Assembly (NCBI GenBank): GCA_011364905.1 | Contig: RDNZ01000062.1 | Span: 1 to 12,389 of the forward strand | Direction: 5' to 3' | DNA length: 12,389 bases | Source: Candidatus Thorarchaeota archaeon | Lineage (GTDB): Archaea > Asgardarchaeota > Thorarchaeia > Thorarchaeales > Thorarchaeaceae | Shown: piece after piece, positions 7,359 to 12,389 of the stretch | Position numbering within the stretch: position 1 is the stretch's first letter | Layout: every line of letters begins with the position of its first letter | Notes under the pieces: model-generated | Database searches by the model: none | What the model was told of the DNA's origin: nothing | What the model saw: the letters and a program-made list of their open reading frames with translations, nothing else | Translations under genes and position numbers: made by a program

Positions 7359-8618
7359 ATGTTTGATATTTTGCTGAATAAGGATGAACGTGGCATTCGA
7401 GATGAAGTTCGAGAATTTGTGAGAGACAAAGTCGACAGAAATCTAGTCCTAGCCATGGATAGCAAGGAGAAGGAATATCCCTATGAATTCATCAAGGTCG
7501 CAGCTAAGGAAAATCTGCTTGGACTACGGTTTCCTAAAGACTTTGGCGGCCGGGGTCTAGGATGGGTTTCTGAGATGGTAGCACTTGAGGAGATCGGTGT
7601 GCTTGGAATTGCCCTTGGTTGTGCATTCTCTCTCCCAAGTATTGTTGGCGAAGCAATAAACAAATTCGGGACCGCCGAGCAAAAGAAGCAGTATCTGCTT
7701 CCAACCCTTCAAGGAAAGAAAATCTGTGGAGAAGGACTAACAGAGCCTCGAGGGGGTTCAGATTTCTTTGGTACGAATACTACCGCAGTTAAGCATGGAG
7801 ATAGCTTCGTGGTGAATGGTGAGAAGCGTTTTGTAGCCGGAGGAGTCGGTGCAGATTACTTCTTGGTATACGCAAAAACCAACTTCAAAGCACCACCGCA
7901 TCAATCATTGAGTGCTTTTCTCATTGACCGTGATATGGGTGTGAAGGTTGAAGAGGAGTATGAGTTGATGGGTTGCCGGGGTATGGGTGCTGCCCGGATA
8001 GTGATGAAGGATGTAGAGGTTCCTGAGTCGAATATAGTTGGACAACTTGACGATGCGAACTCCGTTTTTAATGCGATGATGGTTCCCGAGAGACTGACCT
8101 CAGCCGCTGGTCCCATTGGAATGGGAAGAGCTGCTATTGAAATCGCAGTGAGGTACTCGAACAAGCGAGAAGCTTTTGGACGGAACATCAGGAAGTTTGA
8201 AGCGATTAGCTTCAAGGTGGCAGACTGTACAACTCAGTTGGATGCGGCAAGAGGGCTTGTCTATAGAGCTGCCAAGAAGGCAGACACAGGGGCCTGGTGC
8301 CGAAAAGAGGTGTCACAAGCAAAAGTCTTCGCTACAGAGGCTGGTTTTACTGCGGTCCATGAGGCGATGCAAATTCTCGGAGGCATAGGCTATACTGATG
8401 TCTACCCAATTGAGCGTCTATATCGAGATGCAAGACTCGCAACCATATGGACCGGAAGCAATGAAGTTCAACGACTTATCATCCAGAATGAGGTCTTCAG
8501 AGAGATACTGTCAGAGGATCGGTCCCTGAAGAGAGATGTAGAGCTTGACACTCCTGGAGCCCACAAGATGCAAGAGAAGGTGTATAGTGAAGACCCGAAA
8601 AAATACTACCCTGCTTGA
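7359..8618 (+). CDS. Acyl-CoA dehydrogenase family protein
   Basis: GLTEPRGGSD, NGEKRF, REAFGRNI, QILGGIGY, IERLYRDAR and IWTGSNEVQR. It starts 3 nt after the ferredoxin stop. Confidence 0.95.
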   Translation: MFDILLNKDERGIRDEVREFVRDKVDRNLVLAMDSKEKEYPYEFIKVAAKENLLGLRFPKDFGGRGLGWVSEMVALEEIGVLGIALGCAFSLPSIVGEAINKFGTAEQKKQYLLPTLQGKKICGEGLTEPRGGSDFFGTNTTAVKHGDSFVVNGEKRFVAGGVGADYFLVYAKTNFKAPPHQSLSAFLIDRDMGVKVEEEYELMGCRGMGAARIVMKDVEVPESNIVGQLDDANSVFNAMMVPERLTSAAGPIGMGRAAIEIAVRYSNKREAFGRNIRKFEAISFKVADCTTQLDAARGLVYRAAKKADTGAWCRKEVSQAKVFATEAGFTAVHEAMQILGGIGYTDVYPIERLYRDARLATIWTGSNEVQRLIIQNEVFREILSEDRSLKRDVELDTPGAHKMQEKVYSEDPKKYYPA

Positions 8619-8711
8619 AGTGTCGTAGTCGCCTGCAAGCTCTTTCACGAATCTCCATGCCTTGTGGCTCGTCCTTCACAAGAATGGTGTTTCCTCCTGA
8701 AACCTCTTCCT

Positions 8712-8745
8712 AAAACTTCATATGCTTAACGATAATTAATAAGCA
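8712..8745 (+). promoter_or_regulatory. Putative BRE/TATA promoter overlapped by an inverted repeat (candidate operator)
   Basis: AAAACTTCATATG at 8712-8724 and TGCTTA-N11-TAAGCA at 8723-8745, upstream of the ATG at 8770. Confidence 0.4.
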
Positions 8746-8769
8746 GTAGAAGTCCGAAGAGGATCAAAA

Positions 8770-8937
8770 ATGGGAAAACTAGTATGTCCAAAATGCGGTG
8801 CAGAGGTTTCTGTACCTGTTCACTGCGGCAAAGAAATGCACAAAGAAGGCGACCAATTAGTCTGCTGGATGGGTTACACATGTGGTCATCAGGACATTCC
8901 TGAACACTGTGGTACCGTAATGGCTATCAAAGAGTAA
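8770..8937 (+). CDS. 55-aa Cys/His-rich metal-binding microprotein with two desulforedoxin/Zn-ribbon-like modules (absent from the ORF track)
   Basis: Translated by hand: MGKLVCPKCGAEVSVPVHCGKEMHKEGDQLVCWMGYTCGHQDIPEHCGTVMAIKE*. GAGG RBS at 8759-8762. The LVC...PxHCGxxM pattern occurs twice. Confidence 0.88.
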   Translation: MGKLVCPKCGAEVSVPVHCGKEMHKEGDQLVCWMGYTCGHQDIPEHCGTVMAIKE

Positions 8938-8963
8938 ACTAGAGGAAGTATTGCTGGTAAGTT

Positions 8964-9506
8964 ATGATTCTAGAGGAGATTATGAAAAGGCGTAGTGGAA
9001 GGGCTTTTTCCAGTAAACCGATACCTGATGATATGCTAAACTCAATTTTAGAAGCCGGAAGATGGGCTCCATCTTGTATGAATGCACAATCATGGAACTT
9101 CATTGTTCTACGGGAACCAGATATTCTTGCAAAAGCCCATGAGGCACTTACTATTGGAAATGCATTTGCAAAAGCTGCTCCTGTTATGATAGTTGTTGCA
9201 GCAAGAGCGGATAGTGGTTGCCAAAGTCATAGACTTCCCTATTTTGCTCTCGATGTTGGTCTGGCAGTCGAAAACATGCTTTTGCAAGCTGTTCATCTTG
9301 GTCTCATAGGCCACCCAACTGCAGGTTGGAATGAAGCTCAGATCAAAGAGATTGCCAGAATTCCCAAGGAGTATCGGATTCTTACCGTGGTCTTCATAGG
9401 ATATGAGGGGGACCCTAACACACTCGACGATCGTAGTTGGAAGAGGGAAAAAGCTCCAAGGAGAAGGAAGAAGCTATCTGAGATTGTACACTGGAACGGC
9501 TGGTAG
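8964..9506 (+). CDS. Nitroreductase family FMN-dependent oxidoreductase
   Basis: RRSGRAF, AGRWAPSCMNAQSWNF, DVGLAVENMLLQAVHLGL and RKKLSEIVHWNGW. Confidence 0.95.
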   Translation: MILEEIMKRRSGRAFSSKPIPDDMLNSILEAGRWAPSCMNAQSWNFIVLREPDILAKAHEALTIGNAFAKAAPVMIVVAARADSGCQSHRLPYFALDVGLAVENMLLQAVHLGLIGHPTAGWNEAQIKEIARIPKEYRILTVVFIGYEGDPNTLDDRSWKREKAPRRRKKLSEIVHWNGW

Positions 9507-9587
9507 CTAAGGCACCTCACTCGAGCAGTACAGTTGAAAAGAATTATGAACATTCTTCCCCATCTATAATGCTGCGGAGGATGCCTC

Positions 9588-9992
9588 ATGCAGTTCGCAC
9601 CAATCATTGACAACATTCCCTTGATTACCATTGGCATAATTACCGGGTTGGTCTTTGGTTACTTTATCTGTGGCATGCCTAGTCTCAGCCTAGACTATCG
9701 GATTGGTTTGGGTATCATAATTAGTCCCTTTGCGGGTTTGATTACTGGATCTCTGCTAATTGCTTTGAATTCACCTTACTTCTCTTTTCCCCCTGAGAGT
9801 GAAGCCTTTGAGTTTCTTCTCCTAGCATTGTCCAACTTCGGCGGGTATATTCTAGGTGCTATGGCTAATTGGGCTCCGCTCCCTGAGAAGGCCCCAGAAA
9901 GACACGTTATCTTTGAGATAGATGAGGATGATCAATTTGACAGGGAAATAGAGGAGGCAATGGGCGGGGACTATAAAGCAGACAACAGTTAA
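9588..9992 (+). CDS. Hypothetical three-TM membrane protein with an acidic C-terminal tail
   Basis: GGAGG RBS at 9576-9580, three Gly-rich hydrophobic helices and the tail EIDEDDQFDREIEE. Confidence 0.8.
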   Translation: MQFAPIIDNIPLITIGIITGLVFGYFICGMPSLSLDYRIGLGIIISPFAGLITGSLLIALNSPYFSFPPESEAFEFLLLALSNFGGYILGAMANWAPLPEKAPERHVIFEIDEDDQFDREIEEAMGGDYKADNS

Positions 9993-10046
9993 AGGCAATT
10001 GTCCTACCTCTTCTTCATCGTTGAGTCCCTAGGAGGCAACTCAGAA

Positions 10047-11285
10047 GTGCGAAAAACGCTACCACATCTTCTTCTCATATTCTCGGTCACATGCCTTTTG
10101 TGGTCAATGGTTTTTGTACCAACCCAAGCAGCACCCCCGGCTGGTTGGAGTGGTGATGACAATCTTGGATTCTTACTTGAGGTGAACGGAATAAACGCTG
10201 CAACATCTGATGCCGCAAATCCGATTCAGCTGGATGTTTCAGAGTCCATCTTGATAAACATTACAATACTCACTGAGAGAAACCTGACAATCCAAGAGGC
10301 AAAGTTCCAGATGGCCTACATGTCTATCCCGATAATAAATCCGGCACCTTTCGACATGAGTATCTATGGTGAACTTCCTGAAGGGACAGGCGCAAGTTTC
10401 AATCTAACTCCCATATCTTTGGCACCACTCTTCACGTTTGCAAACTTGACGCTGGTTTCAGGCACTGTAACTGGTCTTTTTTCATTTACATATTCCCTAT
10501 CTTCCTCTCCAAGTACCAATGAAACTGTCAGTGAGAACTTCGTCTTGAGAATTGGTCCCACTGGAATTGGTGTGCTGTTTTCTGTAACTGGCCTGGTCAC
10601 TGTGGGATTTGCTGTGATGTCAGTGTTCTCACTAATCCTATCTCTTGATGAATTTCAAAGAGGAATTATGGCATCACGAAAATTAAGAGGAGCAACTCGA
10701 GGATCTGATGTTGGCATTTTTCCCTCAGCCGTAGTTCTTCGAAGAAAGCCAAAGAAAAGCTCTGAAACGATTGACAAGGACGAGCTGATTAGGCGAGTGA
10801 GTACAGCTGCAGACAAATCCTGGGATGCAAAACGGTGTCCGCAGTGCGGTCGAAAGTGGAAGAAAAACGCTCCGAACTGTAGTAAGTGCGGTATCGATAC
10901 TGCGTCTGCTGTGCGGTTCTTCTCCCAAGACATTGCAGAGTACGCACCAAAGGCTCTGAGAGTCATCAAGCCTAAGTCAAAAATTACAGTGGGTCAGCTA
11001 GGAAAGAAACTGAAGTTGAAGTCCGATAAGGCTGGGGCTCTAGCAGCAGCTCTTGTCGATATGGGCGTACTGCAGACAAAGACTGTCAAGGTCCCACTAA
11101 ACAAAGTTGCATTTTCTGGAATGACCTTGGCTGGGATCTATTGGTCAACCATGCAGATGTTCTATGGAGCGACGCCTCACTGGTCTGTCGTTCTTCTAAC
11201 CACAACTGCAGGTCTTGTGGTATCTGTCTTGATTGGATACTTCATGAATTTCCTTGCTAGAGTGCCCTCGCTAGGATATGATTAG
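10047..11285 (+). CDS. Membrane protein: signal peptide, ectodomain, TM, Zn ribbon, winged-helix-like region and two C-terminal TMs
   Basis: GTG at 10047 with GGAGG at 10032-10036 gives a canonical signal peptide (RK-hydrophobic-TQA|A). CPQC-x10-CSKC Zn ribbon and the segment ITVGQLGKKLKLKSDKAGALAAALVDMGVL. The ORF track starts earlier, at TTG 9999. Confidence 0.8.
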   Translation: MRKTLPHLLLIFSVTCLLWSMVFVPTQAAPPAGWSGDDNLGFLLEVNGINAATSDAANPIQLDVSESILINITILTERNLTIQEAKFQMAYMSIPIINPAPFDMSIYGELPEGTGASFNLTPISLAPLFTFANLTLVSGTVTGLFSFTYSLSSSPSTNETVSENFVLRIGPTGIGVLFSVTGLVTVGFAVMSVFSLILSLDEFQRGIMASRKLRGATRGSDVGIFPSAVVLRRKPKKSSETIDKDELIRRVSTAADKSWDAKRCPQCGRKWKKNAPNCSKCGIDTASAVRFFSQDIAEYAPKALRVIKPKSKITVGQLGKKLKLKSDKAGALAAALVDMGVLQTKTVKVPLNKVAFSGMTLAGIYWSTMQMFYGATPHWSVVLLTTTAGLVVSVLIGYFMNFLARVPSLGYD

Positions 11286-11293
11286 GTCATAAG

Positions 11294-11331
11294 ATGGAAC
11301 GGCGCCGCTCCGTTCCATTCCCCTCTTTTTT
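11294..11331 (+). terminator. Hairpin followed by a T tract (putative terminator)
   Basis: ATGGAACGG (11294-11302), a 7-nt loop, CCGTTCCAT (11310-11318), then a pyrimidine run ending in T6 (11326-11331). It begins 8 nt after the stop at 11285. Confidence 0.6.
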
Positions 11332-11339
11332 GATTCTTC

Positions 11340-12167
11340 GTGAAGACATATAACATCAATCCTGAACACTTACGGGTAATACATCAGGCAAGCCCGGGGA
11401 TTGTGAAATCAGTGAACGAAAGTGTGGTCGATGATTCTAGTACTACTTGGGAAAACGATGAGGTTCAAGTGAGAGTACCTTTCAGTATTGCAGGAGTCGG
11501 TACAACGATAGTCCTGACTTCGAAGTTCACAGGCAAAATCATGCTTCTCGACGTAGGAGATGGTGCCCTCAGAGACCTCTTACAAATGGGAAACATGGAT
11601 TTCGTGAATGACATTGACCCTATAGCACTTTCCCACGGTCACTTTGATCACATAGGCGGACTCTATACGCTTTTGGGATTCATGCGAATGATGGGTCGGA
11701 CCACGCCTCTCAACATACTAATTCCAAAGGGCTGCATTCAAGCAATTAGTGTGATTAAAGGTTATCGAGAAATACATCGTGCAACCTTGCCATACACAAT
11801 CTGGTATCACGAGCTCTCGCAGGGCTCAGGATTTGATACAGACTTTTTCAAGGTGAAATCAATCGAGGTCGAGCATTTCTCTCTCGAATCAGACTCAGGT
11901 GAGGGACTTCTCGAACCTGCTTTGGGTTTTAGAATAGGGGTGGGTGGAACTGTAGTAGGTTATACTGGTGACACTCGACTATGTTCTGGAGCAGAGGCAG
12001 CTGTACGAGATACTGACCTTGCTATCATAGAGGCTACCCGCAAGAAAGCTCCAGCTTCTGGTCACCGTGTTCATCTTTCGCTATCTGAAGCCAATGATCT
12101 TGGAAAACTTGCAAAGGAATTCATTCTGATTCACGAAGTCCCAGAAGCGTACTTGCAGAGACCTTGA
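11340..12167 (+). CDS. Metallo-beta-lactamase fold hydrolase, RNase Z/BN-like
   Basis: LLDVGDG, SHGHFDHIGG (HxHxDH), VEH, YTGDT, IEAT and LIH. The true start is probably a later GTG, around 11403-11424. Confidence 0.88.
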   Translation: MKTYNINPEHLRVIHQASPGIVKSVNESVVDDSSTTWENDEVQVRVPFSIAGVGTTIVLTSKFTGKIMLLDVGDGALRDLLQMGNMDFVNDIDPIALSHGHFDHIGGLYTLLGFMRMMGRTTPLNILIPKGCIQAISVIKGYREIHRATLPYTIWYHELSQGSGFDTDFFKVKSIEVEHFSLESDSGEGLLEPALGFRIGVGGTVVGYTGDTRLCSGAEAAVRDTDLAIIEATRKKAPASGHRVHLSLSEANDLGKLAKEFILIHEVPEAYLQRP

Positions 12168-12218
12168 AGGAATCTCATGGATTTATTTTACTATTCAGAA
12201 AACCAAGGTTCGGATGAC

Positions 12219-12389
12219 TCATACGAAAGGCGAAATCATCGCATATACAATTACTCCGAAGATAGCAGATATGGGAACAGTAATCACCCATGATAGTATT
12301 ATGTTCTTCACTTGATTTGTCTTGACTGGGGTTTGTGTAACCCACCCTACTGCTATCAATGCAGCGACTAAGACATGGGTCCCACTCAG
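12219..12389 (-). CDS. Inorganic phosphate transporter (PiT/PHO4 family), C-terminal fragment
   Basis: Reverse strand translated by hand: LSGTHVLVAALIAVGWVTQTPVKTNQVKNIILSWVITVPISAIFGVIVYAMISPFV*. The (P)xSxTH and WxITxP motifs are typical of the PiT C-terminus. Confidence 0.85.
   Translation of the reverse strand: MSGTHVLVAALIAVGWVTQTPVKTNQVKNIILSWVITVPISAIFGVIVYAMISPFV

Noticed and set aside
8497-8679. Minus-strand 60-aa ORF with an upstream AGGAGG
   Set aside because: Two thirds of it is antisense to the ACAD gene, the RBS spacing is poor and it has no recognisable motif.
452-10969. Numerous short alternative-frame and antisense ORFs in the ORF track (e.g. 452-670, 2269-2514, 4284-4556, 7901-8215, 10655-10969)
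   Set aside because: They are shadows of well-supported genes and have no independent motifs.
12165-12218. Selenocysteine read-through at TGA stops, and SECIS-like roles for the hairpins at 8655 and 11294
   Set aside because: No TGA falls at a catalytic Cys position, and the read-through sequence I translated after the MBL stop shows no family motif. The hairpins lack a convincing SECIS core in a suitable position.
1-12389. CRISPR arrays, tRNA/rRNA, transposases, integrases, defence systems
   Set aside because: I saw no periodic direct repeats, cloverleafs or catalytic motifs for these by eye, and the intergenic gaps are short.

Overview
Gene-dense archaeal-looking window with about 16 CDS (two truncated by the window edges). 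I found no rRNA, tRNA, CRISPR array or mobile element. The DLxPL-type LRR protein, zinc-type ferredoxin, sequon-rich surface proteins and GTG starts suggest an Asgard archaeon (Thorarchaeota-like); this is inference. Contents in order: partial membrane protein, anchored C39/BtrH-like Cys peptidase, SAM methyltransferase, small single-TM protein, SDR, LRR protein, DUF1028 Ntn-hydrolase, M50-like membrane protein lacking HExxH, internally duplicated protein with a TYW3-like motif, zinc-type ferredoxin, acyl-CoA dehydrogenase, a 55-aa Cys/His microprotein absent from the ORF track, nitroreductase, 3-TM protein, a membrane protein with ectodomain, Zn ribbon and winged helix, an RNase Z-like MBL hydrolase, and the 3' end of a PiT transporter. 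The best leads are the receptor-like ectodomain/TM/Zn-ribbon/wHTH protein, the duplicated TYW3-like protein heading a ferredoxin/ACAD operon, the microprotein with an operator-like palindrome, and the pseudo-site-2 protease. All family calls come from motif recognition by eye; no searches were run.
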